Shown here piece after piece: positions 48,032 through 57,896 of a stretch of DNA of 64,000 nt; position 1 is the stretch's first letter, and each line of letters starts with the position of its first letter. Location of the stretch: NCBI GenBank assembly GCA_963771355.1, contig CAVYTA010000006.1, forward strand, positions 1,792,001 through 1,856,000, written 5' to 3'. The stretch is from an uncultured Candidatus Rokubacteria bacterium (GTDB taxonomy: Bacteria; Methylomirabilota; Methylomirabilia; Rokubacteriales; CSP1-6). The translations under genes were made by a program, and so were the position numbers. The notes under the pieces were generated by a model. That model was not told the origin of the DNA. It did not search any database and saw nothing but the letters and a program-made list of their open reading frames with translations.

Positions 48032-48877
48032 TCAGGCAGGGCGGGTGCTTCGCGCCTCGGCGATCCGGACGGACAGGGCCTCCCACACGGCGAGCGGGAT
48101 GGCCGGATCGCCCAGCTGGCTTGCCCGGACGCGCGGCCCGTGGAAATCGGAGCCGCCGGTGGCGACCAGACCGTACTGACGGCAGAGCTCCACGTAGGAG
48201 CCGGTCCTGGCCGCCGAATGCTCGGGGTAGTAGCACTCGATCCCCATGAGGCCGGCCCGCACCAGGCCCGGAATGAGCTCGTCACGCCCGGCGAGCCCCG
48301 GGTGCGCGAAGACGGGCACGCCGCCCGCACGGCGCAGCAGCCGCACCGCATCCTCCGGCGTGAGCTTCTTGCGGGGCACGTGGCCGGGCTTGCCGGCGGC
48401 GAGATAGCGGTCGAAGGCGTCGCGCACGCTCTTCACGTAGCCGCGCTGCACCATGATCTGCGCCACGTGCGGGCGCCCCGCCGAGCCCTCCTTGACGATC
48501 GCGAACACCGCCTCCGGATCGATGGGCAGGCCCAGCGTCGCCAGGCGCTCCGCCATCCGGTACACGCGCTCGCGGCGCTCCGCCCGCTGGGCGCGGCAGA
48601 ATTCCTGGAACCAGGACGCCTCGTAGTCCATGCCGTAGCCGAGGACGTGGATCTCGGCGCCCTCGACGTCGCAGTTGATCTCGATGCCGGGGACGATGAC
48701 GAGCGGCCGGAGCGTCTCCGCCTCCGCCATAGCGTCCGCCAGGCCCTCGGTGGAGTCGTGGTCCGTGACGGCGAGGACGCGCACGCCGCGGCGCGCCGCC
48801 TCGCGGGCCAGCTCCCGCGGCGACAGCGTGCCGTCCGACGCCGTGGTGTGGGAGTGCAGATCCACCGCGCCCGCCAT
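48032..48877 (-). CDS. PHP domain phosphoesterase (TrpH/YciV-like)
   Basis: DLHSHTTASDG, TDHD, GRPH, AHP and GGSDFHG motifs. Confidence 0.9.
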   Translation of the reverse strand: MAGAVDLHSHTTASDGTLSPRELAREAARRGVRVLAVTDHDSTEGLADAMAEAETLRPLVIVPGIEINCDVEGAEIHVLGYGMDYEASWFQEFCRAQRAERRERVYRMAERLATLGLPIDPEAVFAIVKEGSAGRPHVAQIMVQRGYVKSVRDAFDRYLAAGKPGHVPRKKLTPEDAVRLLRRAGGVPVFAHPGLAGRDELIPGLVRAGLMGIECYYPEHSAARTGSYVELCRQYGLVATGGSDFHGPRVRASQLGDPAIPLAVWEALSVRIAEARSTRPA

Positions 48878-48886
48878 GCGTCCGCC

Positions 48887-50389
48887 CTAGCGTCGGCTGC
48901 CGGCGGCCCGGGTGAGGTAGGCGATGAGGGTGCGCACCGTCACGCCGGTACCGCCCTTGGGCCCCAGGGTCCCGTCCCGCTCGGCGTACGCGGTGCCGGC
49001 GATGTCGAGATGCGCCCACGGCACGCCCCCGGTGAACTCACGCATGAAGAGCGCGGCGACGATGGAGCCCGCGCCTCGCTGGCTCGAGATGTTGTTGAGG
49101 TCGGCGATGTCGCTCTTGAGCCCGTCCTTGTAGTCGTCGTGGAGGGGAAGCCGCCACATCCGCTCCCCCGATGCCTGGGACCCCGCGAGGAGACGCTGGG
49201 CGAGGCCGTCCTGGGTCGCGAAGAGGCCGGTCACCTGCTGGCCCAGCGCGATCACCACCGCCCCGGTCAGGGTGGCCATGTCGACCATCTCGTCGGGCTT
49301 GATCTCCTTGGCCGCGTAGGACAGCGCGTCGGCCAGCGTGAGCCGGCCCTCGGCGTCGGTATTCCCGATCTCGATGGTGAGCCCGTTCAGGGCGCGGACG
49401 ATGTCGCCCGGCCGCTGGGCGGTGCCCGACGGCATGTTCTCGGTGGCGGCGATGAGACCGTGGACCTCGACGGGCAGGCGCAGCTTGGGGAGCGCCTGGA
49501 AGAGGCCGAGGACGGCGGCGGCCCCCCCCATGTCGTCCTTCATGCGCAGCATCCCGTCGGCGGACTTGAGATCGAGGCCGCCGGAGTCGAAGGTGATGCC
49601 CTTGCCGATGATCGCCACCTTGCGCCGCGCGCGGCGGCGGGGCGCATAGGTGAGGTGGATGAACTGGGGCGGCTCCTGGCTGCCCTGGGCCACGCCGAGA
49701 AAGGCGCCCATGCCGAGCTTCGCGCACTCCTCGCGGTCCAGCACGCGGACGCGGAGACGGCCGGCCCGCGCGATCTCACGCGCGTGCTCGGCGAGGGAGG
49801 TCGGCGTCACCACGTTGGCGGGCTCGTTGACGAGGTCGCGCGCCAGGGTGGTGGCGGCGGCGCCGATCTCGCCGAGCCGCGCGCCCTCGCGGGCGGCCGC
49901 GCCCTGGCGGGCATCCGGCTCCAGCACGGTCAGGCCGGTGAGCACCTTGGCGCTCTTCTCCTTGAGGTACTTGTCGAACCGGTACGTGCCCAGCAGCGCG
50001 CCCTCCACCGTGGCCTGGGCCCGGGCACGCGCCGGGAGTCCCTCCGCGGCGCAATACATGGCCACGGTGGCGGCGCCGAGGTCGCGGGCGCGCCTCGCCG
50101 CAGTGGCGGCGGCGTTGCGCACCGCATCGGAATCCGCCTCGCGACGCGGTCCCAGTCCCACCACCATCACGCGCGCGGCGGGCAGCTTGCCATTGGTGAA
50201 GAAATAGGAGACCTGACCCGGCTTCCCCTCGAACTTCTCGGCGGCGAGCACTCGCGAGAGGAGTCCGCCCAGCCGTGCGTCCACCGCCGCCAGCTCGGGG
50301 CCGGGCCGCGCTGCGTCGCTGTGGCGTCCCAGCACGAGCACGTCGGCGCGCGCCTCCAGGGGCTTCCGGATCTGGACGGAGACTCTCAT
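48887..50389 (-). CDS. pepA: Leucyl aminopeptidase (M17)
   Basis: GKGITFDSGG, MKDDMGG, NTDAEGRL, ATLTGA and HLDIAG motifs. Confidence 0.93.
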   Translation of the reverse strand: MRVSVQIRKPLEARADVLVLGRHSDAARPGPELAAVDARLGGLLSRVLAAEKFEGKPGQVSYFFTNGKLPAARVMVVGLGPRREADSDAVRNAAATAARRARDLGAATVAMYCAAEGLPARARAQATVEGALLGTYRFDKYLKEKSAKVLTGLTVLEPDARQGAAAREGARLGEIGAAATTLARDLVNEPANVVTPTSLAEHAREIARAGRLRVRVLDREECAKLGMGAFLGVAQGSQEPPQFIHLTYAPRRRARRKVAIIGKGITFDSGGLDLKSADGMLRMKDDMGGAAAVLGLFQALPKLRLPVEVHGLIAATENMPSGTAQRPGDIVRALNGLTIEIGNTDAEGRLTLADALSYAAKEIKPDEMVDMATLTGAVVIALGQQVTGLFATQDGLAQRLLAGSQASGERMWRLPLHDDYKDGLKSDIADLNNISSQRGAGSIVAALFMREFTGGVPWAHLDIAGTAYAERDGTLGPKGGTGVTVRTLIAYLTRAAGSRR

Positions 50390-50877
50390 CGGTCGCCTCT
50401 CCTTTCGCTCGTCGCGCGGGTCGCGACGGCGCGGTGGATCATGTCGGCCAGCCCATCGGTGGTGTCATAGCGCGCGACGTCGGCCACCGGCACCCAGCGC
50501 GCATCGGCGGCATCACTTCCCGCGCAGACGGCGCCGCCCGCCGGCTCCGCGACATAGTCCACGATCACCCAGTGGTACCGGACGCGCGGCGCGCCGCCCG
50601 GAGGGGCCCCACTCGGCCCGGCGGGGTCGCACACGATCCGATCGATCACGCCGCAGACATCGAGCACGCGCACGCTGAGGCCACATTCCTCGGTCACCTC
50701 GCGGCGCACCGCGTCCTCGAGCCGCTCCCCCACGTGCACCAGGCCGCCGGGCAGGCTCCACTTCCCCTGGGAGGGGGGCTGGCCGCGCTGCACCAGCAGC
50801 ACGCGATCGCCGTCGAGCACGACCGCCCCCACGCCCACCCGCGGGGCGTCGGGATACTCGCGCGGCGCCTCGGTCAT
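50386..50877 (-). CDS. NUDIX hydrolase
   Basis: Nudix box GGxxxxGE.......REVxEEcG. Confidence 0.9.
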   Translation of the reverse strand: MTEAPREYPDAPRVGVGAVVLDGDRVLLVQRGQPPSQGKWSLPGGLVHVGERLEDAVRREVTEECGLSVRVLDVCGVIDRIVCDPAGPSGAPPGGAPRVRYHWVIVDYVAEPAGGAVCAGSDAADARWVPVADVARYDTTDGLADMIHRAVATRATSERRGDR

Positions 50878-51692
50878 AGGAGCGTGGCGATGCGGCCGGC
50901 GCGGGTCCAGTCGGCCGAGCCGTACTTGTCCCGCGCGAGCGTGTCGGCCAGGGCGATCTCCGCGGGGGTGAGGCCGCCCGGTCCGAGGGTGAGCCCGTGC
51001 ACGGCGCGGAATCCCTCGGCGAGCGCGGCCACCGTGGCATCGAAAGATGGGCGCCGGCCCAGGACCGTCTCCAGCGTGGTCATGCCCGCGAGGGGATCCC
51101 TCTCGCCGGGAAAGACGCGGCGCAGCCGCGCGGGATCGGCCCCCAGCATCACCGCGCCATGCTGGAGGAAGCCCGTCCCCTGCCGGCGCTGGGCGCTGCC
51201 CACCACCTTGAGCCCGCTCACCTCGAGCTCGTAGGAGCCGGTGCGCGCGAAGCAGAAGGCCGGCATGCTCCGCGGATCGGACGGCTGCACCGGAACCATG
51301 GCCACGGGCGCGCCGAGGGCGCGGAGCCCGGCCTCCAGGGCCCGCCCGATCCAGTGATACGTCTGCAGGAGGTCGTCGGCGCCCGGGAAATCGCCGGCCG
51401 CCGCGCTGACACTGTAGGTGACCTCCAGGTCCGGACCCTCATGGAGGATGGCGCTGCCTCCGGTGGGCCTACGCACCAGACCGATGCCCATGGCGCCGGC
51501 GGCGTCCACGTCCACTCGCCCGTCGAGCCGCTGGCCATAGCCCAGCGAGATGGTGGCGGGATCCCAGGCGAAGAAGCGGAGGCTCGGCGGCGCCTCGCCA
51601 CCGAGACGGGAGAGCAGCAGCGCCTCGTCCAGCGCCATGTTGGCGGCGCCGTCGAGCGGCTCGGTGACGAGCAGCCGGAAGTCGGCGCTCAC
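50874..51692 (-). CDS. Lipoate-protein ligase / octanoyltransferase (LplA/LipM family)
   Basis: [25 protein letters not shown] and LQHG motifs; GTGA overlap with gcvPB. Confidence 0.88.
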   Translation of the reverse strand: MSADFRLLVTEPLDGAANMALDEALLLSRLGGEAPPSLRFFAWDPATISLGYGQRLDGRVDVDAAGAMGIGLVRRPTGGSAILHEGPDLEVTYSVSAAAGDFPGADDLLQTYHWIGRALEAGLRALGAPVAMVPVQPSDPRSMPAFCFARTGSYELEVSGLKVVGSAQRRQGTGFLQHGAVMLGADPARLRRVFPGERDPLAGMTTLETVLGRRPSFDATVAALAEGFRAVHGLTLGPGGLTPAEIALADTLARDKYGSADWTRAGRIATLL

Positions 51693-53161
51693 CCCTGTCC
51701 GGGCGCCCACTTGAGAACGGGCTGGCGCGCGGCAAGCGTCTGGTCGAGTCGCCGTACCGAGGTGGTCACCGGCGCCTCGTGGAGCAGATGGGGATTGGTC
51801 TCCGCCTCGCGCGCGATCTGGATCATGGCGTCGCAGAACTGGTCGAGCGTCTCCTTGGACTCGGTCTCGGTGGGCTCGATCATCAACGCCTCTTCGACGA
51901 TCAACGGGAAGTACGTGGTGGGCGCGTAGAAGCCCAGGTCGAGCAGCCGCTTGGCGATGTCGGTCGCGGAGACGCCGAGCTTCTTCTGGCGTCGCGCCGA
52001 GACCACGCACTCGTGCATGCACGGGCCCGGGGTGGCGCGGTCGTAGTCGCCCTCGAGCCGCCTGAGGATGTAGTTGGCGTTGAGGACCGCGTTCTCCGAG
52101 ACCGCGCGCAGCCCATCCGGGCCCATGGTGCGGATATAGGCGTAGGCGCGCACCAGCATGCCGAAGTTGCCCCAGAAGGCCTGGAGCTTGCCGATGGACT
52201 GGGGCCGGCTCCAGTCCAGCGCGTACCCGGTGTCATCGTCCTTTACCACCACCGGCGTCGGCAGGAAGGGGGCGAGATGCGCCTTGACTCCCACCGGGCC
52301 CGACCCCGGGCCGCCCCCGCCATGCGGCGTGGTGAAGGTCTTGTGCAAGTTGAAGTGGCAGACGTCGAAGCCGAGATCGCCCGGGCGGGTGATGCCGAGG
52401 ATGGCGTTGAAGTTTGCGCCGTCCATGTAGACCTGCACGCCCTTGGCGTGGCACATCTCGGTGATCTGGTGGATCTTGGACTCGAAGAGCCCCAGCGTGT
52501 TCGGCTGGGTGATCATGAAGGCGGCCACGTCCTCGTCGAGATGCCGCTCGAGGTCGGCCAGATCCACCTCGCCCGCCTCGTCCGACTTGAGCTGCACCAC
52601 CTGGTAGCCGGCCAGCGCGGTGGTGGCGGGGTTGGTGCCGTGGGCGGAGTCGGGGATGAGCACCTTGTGGCGCCGCTCGCCGCGCGAGAGATGCCAGGCG
52701 CGGATCATGAGCACGCCCGCGAACTCGCCCTGCGCGCCGGCGGCGGGCTGCAGCGAGACGTGGTCCATGCCCGAGATCTCGGCGAGATCGCGCGCCAGCT
52801 CCCACATGAGCTGGAGCGCGCCCTGGCTGGCCGCCAGCGGCGCCAGCGGGTGCAGCCGCGCGAAGCCCGGCAGCCGCGCCATGTCCTCGTTGATCTTCGG
52901 GTTGTACTTCATGGTGCAGGACCCGAGCGGGTAGAAGTGCGTGTCCACCCCGTAGTTCATCTGGCTGAGGCGCGAGTAGTGGCGGACCACGTCCACCTCG
53001 GACACCTCGGGCAGCGCAGGCGGGGTGGCGCGAACGAACTGCGCGGGCACGAGGCTGCTGGGATCGGCCGACGGCACGTCCAGCGCGGGCAGCGAGTGGG
53101 CGAAGCGGTCCGGAGCGGAGAGCTCGAAGATCAGCTTGTCGTAGGCAGGCCTGGCTTCCAT
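51689..53161 (-). CDS. gcvPB: Glycine dehydrogenase (decarboxylating) subunit 2
   Basis: [19 protein letters not shown] and [15 protein letters not shown] motifs. Confidence 0.95.
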   Translation of the reverse strand: MEARPAYDKLIFELSAPDRFAHSLPALDVPSADPSSLVPAQFVRATPPALPEVSEVDVVRHYSRLSQMNYGVDTHFYPLGSCTMKYNPKINEDMARLPGFARLHPLAPLAASQGALQLMWELARDLAEISGMDHVSLQPAAGAQGEFAGVLMIRAWHLSRGERRHKVLIPDSAHGTNPATTALAGYQVVQLKSDEAGEVDLADLERHLDEDVAAFMITQPNTLGLFESKIHQITEMCHAKGVQVYMDGANFNAILGITRPGDLGFDVCHFNLHKTFTTPHGGGGPGSGPVGVKAHLAPFLPTPVVVKDDDTGYALDWSRPQSIGKLQAFWGNFGMLVRAYAYIRTMGPDGLRAVSENAVLNANYILRRLEGDYDRATPGPCMHECVVSARRQKKLGVSATDIAKRLLDLGFYAPTTYFPLIVEEALMIEPTETESKETLDQFCDAMIQIAREAETNPHLLHEAPVTTSVRRLDQTLAARQPVLKWAPGQG

Positions 53162-53171
53162 GGCGGGCCGC

Positions 53172-54515
53172 TCACGCCACCGCGGCGGCCAGCGCCGCGG
53201 CGTAGGCGTCGATCTCGTCCTTGGTCCGCCGCTCGGTCACCGCGACCAGGAGCACGTTCTTGGCGCCGCGGTCGAAGAGCTTGAGCGGCACGCCCGCGAG
53301 GATGCGGTCCTTGAGGAGGCGCTTGACCACGCGGTCCGGCGCCTTGGGCAGCTCCAGGGCGAACTCCTTGAAGAAGGGCGCGCGGTGGCGCAGCCGGACG
53401 CCGGGGACCCCCGCGAACCGCTCCGCCGCGTAGTGGGCCTTGGCGGTGGCGAGCTCACCCACCCGCCGCAGCCCCTGCTTGCCCATGATCGCGACGTAGA
53501 TCGTCGCCATGAGGGCGCACAGGGCCACGTTGGTGCAGATGTTCGAGGTGGCCTTCTCGCGGCGGATGTGCTGCTCGCGCGTCTGGAGGGTGAGGACATA
53601 GCCGCGGTGGCCGTCGCGGTCCACGGTGGCGCCCACGAGGCGCCCGGGCATGCGGCGCACGAGCTCCGCACGGCAGGCGAAGACGCCCAGGTTCGGGCCG
53701 CCATAGCTGAGCGGCACGCCGAGGCCTTGGCCCTCGCCCACCACGATGTCGGCGCCGAGGGCACCCGGCGGCGTGAGGAAGCCCAGGTTCACCGGGTCCG
53801 CCGCCACCACGAGGAGCGCGCCCTTGGCGTGGGCGATCTCTCCCGCCGCGCGGACGTCCTCGAGGCAGCCGAGGAAGTTGGGGTACTGGACCACCACCGC
53901 CGCGGTGCGCTCCGTCACCGCGCGCCGGAGGATGTCGAGATCGGTGACGCCGTCGGCCAGGGCCACCCGCTTGAGCCGGAGGTCCGGTCCCTCACAGTAG
54001 GTCTCGACCACCTGTCCGTACAGCGGGTTCACGCCTCGGCTGAAGGCGGTCTCATTCCGCCCGGTGACGGCATGGGCCATGAGCACCGCTTCCGCCAGCG
54101 AGGAGGCGCCGTCGTAGATGGACGCGTTGGCGACGTCCATCCCCGTCAGCTCCGCCATCATGGTCTGGTACTCGAAGATGGTGCGGAGCGTGCCCTGGCT
54201 CGCCTCGGGCTGATAGGGCGTATACGCGGTGAAGAACTCGCCTCGGGAGATGAGGTGGTTGATCGGGCTCGGCACGATGTGGTCGTAAGAGCCGGCGCCG
54301 AGAAAGCACGCGTAGTCATCGGCGGAGGCGTCCTTCGCGGCGAGCGCGCGGAGGTGGCGGACGAGGTCCGTCTCCGCCATCGCGGCGGGCAGTCCCAGCG
54401 GGCGGGACAGCCGCGCCTTGGCGGGCACGTTGGAAAGCAGGGCCTCGATGCTGGCCGCGCCGATCCGGCCCAGCATTTCCTTCTGCTGGGCGGGGGTATT
54501 CGAGATATAGCGCAT
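53172..54515 (-). CDS. gcvPA: Glycine dehydrogenase (decarboxylating) subunit 1
   Basis: [13 protein letters not shown] and [17 protein letters not shown] motifs. Confidence 0.95.
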   Translation of the reverse strand: MRYISNTPAQQKEMLGRIGAASIEALLSNVPAKARLSRPLGLPAAMAETDLVRHLRALAAKDASADDYACFLGAGSYDHIVPSPINHLISRGEFFTAYTPYQPEASQGTLRTIFEYQTMMAELTGMDVANASIYDGASSLAEAVLMAHAVTGRNETAFSRGVNPLYGQVVETYCEGPDLRLKRVALADGVTDLDILRRAVTERTAAVVVQYPNFLGCLEDVRAAGEIAHAKGALLVVAADPVNLGFLTPPGALGADIVVGEGQGLGVPLSYGGPNLGVFACRAELVRRMPGRLVGATVDRDGHRGYVLTLQTREQHIRREKATSNICTNVALCALMATIYVAIMGKQGLRRVGELATAKAHYAAERFAGVPGVRLRHRAPFFKEFALELPKAPDRVVKRLLKDRILAGVPLKLFDRGAKNVLLVAVTERRTKDEIDAYAAALAAAVA

Positions 54516-54523
54516 GGGGCTCC

Positions 54524-54916
54524 TCAGTGCCCGCCGGCGGCGATGAGCTGCTCGTACTGGGCCGCGCTCAGGAGTGCGTTCGCCTCCGCCGGATTGGCCA
54601 TGCGGATCACCAGCATCCAGCCCTGGCCGTAGGGGTCGCGGTTCACCGTCTCCGGCTTCTTCGGCAGCTCGGCATTGACCTCCACCACTTCGCCGGTGAG
54701 CGGGGCGAAGAGATCCGACACCGCCTTCACCGACTCCACCACCCCGAAGGTCGACATGCTGGTGACCTTGGCGCCCACCTTGGGCAGCTCGACGAACACG
54801 ACGTCGCCGAGCTGCTCCTGGGCGAAGTCGGTGATGCCGATGCGGGCGCGGTCACCCTCGATCTTCGCCCACTCATGCTCTTTCGTGTACTTCAGATCCC
54901 CCGGAACATTGGACAT
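54524..54916 (-). CDS. gcvH: Glycine cleavage system H protein
   Basis: YTKEHEW, GITDFAQ, lipoyl Lys in VESVKA, and DPYGQGW. Confidence 0.95.
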   Translation of the reverse strand: MSNVPGDLKYTKEHEWAKIEGDRARIGITDFAQEQLGDVVFVELPKVGAKVTSMSTFGVVESVKAVSDLFAPLTGEVVEVNAELPKKPETVNRDPYGQGWMLVIRMANPAEANALLSAAQYEQLIAAGGH

Positions 54917-54925
54917 CACGCCCCC

Positions 54926-56041
54926 CTACGACTTCTTGGCCTTGGAAGGAACGAACGGCGTGCGGACGACGCGGGCCCGCTGGCCCACGCCACGGATCTC
55001 GACGTCCCACTCGCTGCCCACGGCGGCGAGGTCCGCGCGCACGTACCCCATGCCGATACCGCGCTCGAGGCTCGGCGAGAACGATCCCGACGTCACCACT
55101 CCGACCTCCGTGCCGTCCTTGAGGATCCGGTAGCCGTGGCGCGCCACCTGACGCTCGACCATCTCGAAGCCGATGAGCTTGCGCGCCACGCCCCGGGCGC
55201 GGAGGGCCTCGATGGCCGCCCGCCCGATGAACTCGCCCTTGGCGGGCTTGACCACCCAGCCGAGGCCGGCCTCGAGCGGGTTGGTGGTCTGGTCGATGTC
55301 GTTGCCGTAGAGCGCGAACTTCATCTCGAGCCGCAGCGTGTCGCGGGCCCCGAGACCGATGGGCCGGATGCCGTCGGGCCGGCCCGCCTCCATGAGGGCG
55401 TGCCAGAGCCGCGCCGCCTCCCCCGCGGGGACATAGAGCTCGAAGCCGTCCTCGCCGGTATAGCCGGTCCGGGAGATGAGGCCGGGCACCCCCGCCACCT
55501 TGCCCGGCGCAAAGTGGTAATAGCGGATCGAGACCACGTCGGTGTCCGCGAGCCGTTGCACCAGCCCTTCGGCCTTCGGGCCCTGCACGGCGAGGAGGGC
55601 CGTCTCCGCGCTCACGTTCTTCCAGCCGGCGCCCGGCTGGTGCTCGGTCACCCAGCGCCAATCCTTGTCGATATTGGACGCGTTCACCGTGAGCATGTAG
55701 CGGTCGCCGGCGAGGCGATAGAGCGTGAGATCGTCCACGATGCCGCCCTCGGGATAGCAGAGCACCGAGTACTGCACCTGGCCCTCGGCGAGCGGGGCGG
55801 CGTCATTGGTGCAAAGGCGCTGCACCGCAGCGAGCGCGGCGGCGCCGGCCACCTCGAACTCGCCCATGTGGCTGATGTCGAAGAGGCCGACGGCGGAGCG
55901 CACCGCCTTGTGCTCCTCGACGATGCCCGCATACTGCACGGGCATGTCCCAGCCGCCGAAGGGCACCATCTTCGCTCCGGCCTTGACGTGGACGTCGTGG
56001 AGCGGCGTGCGCTTGAGCGGGCCGGATTCGTGTGCGGTCAT
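54926..56041 (-). CDS. gcvT: Glycine cleavage system aminomethyltransferase
   Basis: FGGWDMPVQY, FDISHMG, RTGYTGEDGFE and GLGARDTLRLE motifs. Confidence 0.95.
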   Translation of the reverse strand: MTAHESGPLKRTPLHDVHVKAGAKMVPFGGWDMPVQYAGIVEEHKAVRSAVGLFDISHMGEFEVAGAAALAAVQRLCTNDAAPLAEGQVQYSVLCYPEGGIVDDLTLYRLAGDRYMLTVNASNIDKDWRWVTEHQPGAGWKNVSAETALLAVQGPKAEGLVQRLADTDVVSIRYYHFAPGKVAGVPGLISRTGYTGEDGFELYVPAGEAARLWHALMEAGRPDGIRPIGLGARDTLRLEMKFALYGNDIDQTTNPLEAGLGWVVKPAKGEFIGRAAIEALRARGVARKLIGFEMVERQVARHGYRILKDGTEVGVVTSGSFSPSLERGIGMGYVRADLAAVGSEWDVEIRGVGQRARVVRTPFVPSKAKKS

Positions 56042-56093
56042 CGGGAAGCCGGCGTCATCTTAACCGAAGGGCGCAGAGCCCGCAATTGCGGCA

Positions 56094-56429
56094 TCACTCG
56101 AGGAACTGGACCCCGCGGGGCGCGTTCACGTAGATGAGGGTCTCCTCGTCGGCCACCAGGTCGTGCTTGCCGCCGGGCGGCGTCCAGAAGAAGTCGCCGG
56201 TCTTCACCGGCTGCCCGCCGATCCGCGCCCGCCCGCCCAGCACGTACACTTCCTCGCCCCCGGGATGATCGTGCAGCGGCACCCGCGCGCCCTGGGCGAT
56301 GCGCACCAGGAAGGTCGCGCCTCCTTCGGATCCGTGGCTGCGCAGCCCGCAGTACTCGACGCCCGGTGTGGCGGTCGCCTTCCAGCGTTGCCCCTCCACC
56401 GTCCGGTGCACCACCTCATCGGCTTCCAT
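56094..56429 (-). CDS. ChrR-like cupin domain protein
   Basis: PLHDHPGGEEVYVL..G...GD...PPG..H motif; AAAGGAGG RBS. Confidence 0.8.
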   Translation of the reverse strand: MEADEVVHRTVEGQRWKATATPGVEYCGLRSHGSEGGATFLVRIAQGARVPLHDHPGGEEVYVLGGRARIGGQPVKTGDFFWTPPGGKHDLVADEETLIYVNAPRGVQFLE

Positions 56430-56442
56430 GCTGATCCTCCTT

Positions 56443-56500
56443 TGCTCGCGGGCGGCGGGCTCTGCTCGCGGGCGCGGGCTCTGCTCGCCGGCGCGGGCCG
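56443..56500. repeat. Intergenic tandem repeat, three copies of about 19-20 bp
   Basis: TGCTCGCGGGCGGCGGGCTC / TGCTCGCGGGCGCGGGCTC / TGCTCGCCGGCGCGGGCCG. Confidence 0.7.
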
Positions 56501-56504
56501 GACG

Positions 56505-57896
56505 CTACTCGAGTATGCCGCACCAGCGCACGAGAAGCTCGATCAGCCCCTCGATGGCGGCGTGGTACTCGGCCAGCGGCACGAACTCGTCGGGGCGATG
56601 GGCCCGGCCGATGCTACCCGGACCGAATATCGCCGCCGGCATGCCGCCCTGGTTCACGAGGTGGCGGATGTCGCAGCAGAAGGGCCCGCCGCTCGGGGCA
56701 GCGGCGATCCCGGCCGCGCCCAGCGCGACAGCCACCTCGGCGGCGAAGGGCAGCGCAGCGGGCTGGGCCACGCCGTCATCGTGGTGGAGAAAGCGCAGCC
56801 GGGCCGGGTGCGCGGTCAGGAACGGATCGGCGGCGTTCAGCCGCGCCACCGCCGCGCGCATGGCCGCCATCACGTCCGCGATCTCTCCCGAGCCCGGCGC
56901 GAAGTAGGCCGAGCCCCGCAGGGTGGCGGAGAGCGCGGTCACGGTCTCGTAGTGGCCGCCCGTCACCTTGCCCAGCACCAGCGCGAAGGGATTGCCGTCT
57001 CGGTGCAGCGGATGCGCGGGCCGCGCATTGTACTCGCGCTCCACCGCGAGCAGCGCTCCGATGGCGGCGGGTAGCTTCTCCACCGCGCTCACGCCCACCT
57101 GGCGGGTCCCCTGCCAGCGGGCCCCCGGCGAGGTCGGCACCCCCGGCACCTCCAGCTCCCAGTACAAGCCGCCCGGCGCGGTGACGAAGAGCCGGCACTC
57201 GGTCGGCTCGAGGACCAGCGCGGCGTCGGCACGCTGACCACGGGCAACGAGGTCCAACGTGCCGTTGCCGGCATGCTCCTCGTTGACCACGCTCTGGAGG
57301 AGCACGTCGCCCCGGAGCCGGACCCCGGCCTCGGTGAGGCAGGCCAGCGCTTCCACCGCCGCACCCAGCCCGGCCTTCATGTCCGCGGCACCGCGGCCGT
57401 ACAGAAGCCCATCCTCGATGGCCGCGCCGAAGGGATCGCGCGTCCACGCCCCGCGGGGCTCGACGGTGACGGTGTCCACGTGGCCGTTGAGGATGAGCGA
57501 GCGCCCCCCGCCCGTCCCCGTCCGGCGCGCCCAGAGATTGGGACGGCCGCGGTAGTGCAGCACCGTCTCGAGCCCGCTCGCCTGCAGCGACTCGAAGGTG
57601 GGCAGCGCTTCGTAGGGCAGAATGAGATCGTGCTGCCAGTGGGTCGGATACTGGGCTACCGCCGGGAACCTGCGGAAGAGCCGCTCCACGTCCGGCTCAC
57701 CCGTCTCCACCGTCAGCCCGAGGGCGTCGAGGCGCCGCGCCAGATACTCCTGGCCGGGCCCCTCCTCGCCGGTCAGGCTCGGCGTGCGCACGAACCCGGC
57801 CAGGAAGGCGGTTGCCTCCGCGCGCCGGCGGCGGGCCACCGCGCGCGCCGCCGCCGCGGCGGCGGGCCCGGCCGCGCGCGCTACTTGCTGAGCCAC
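56505..57896 (-). CDS. M20 family (ArgE/DapE-like) deacylase
   Basis: LNGHVDTV, GRGAADMK, VNEE, EPT, FGPG and AH..DE motifs. Start uncertain. Confidence 0.85.
   Translation of the reverse strand: MAQQVARAAGPAAAAAARAVARRRRAEATAFLAGFVRTPSLTGEEGPGQEYLARRLDALGLTVETGEPDVERLFRRFPAVAQYPTHWQHDLILPYEALPTFESLQASGLETVLHYRGRPNLWARRTGTGGGRSLILNGHVDTVTVEPRGAWTRDPFGAAIEDGLLYGRGAADMKAGLGAAVEALACLTEAGVRLRGDVLLQSVVNEEHAGNGTLDLVARGQRADAALVLEPTECRLFVTAPGGLYWELEVPGVPTSPGARWQGTRQVGVSAVEKLPAAIGALLAVEREYNARPAHPLHRDGNPFALVLGKVTGGHYETVTALSATLRGSAYFAPGSGEIADVMAAMRAAVARLNAADPFLTAHPARLRFLHHDDGVAQPAALPFAAEVAVALGAAGIAAAPSGGPFCCDIRHLVNQGGMPAAIFGPGSIGRAHRPDEFVPLAEYHAAIEGLIELLVRWCGILE

Noticed and set aside
56042..56093. Glycine riboswitch upstream of gcvT
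   Set aside because: The spacer is only about 50 nt and lacks recognisable aptamer motifs.
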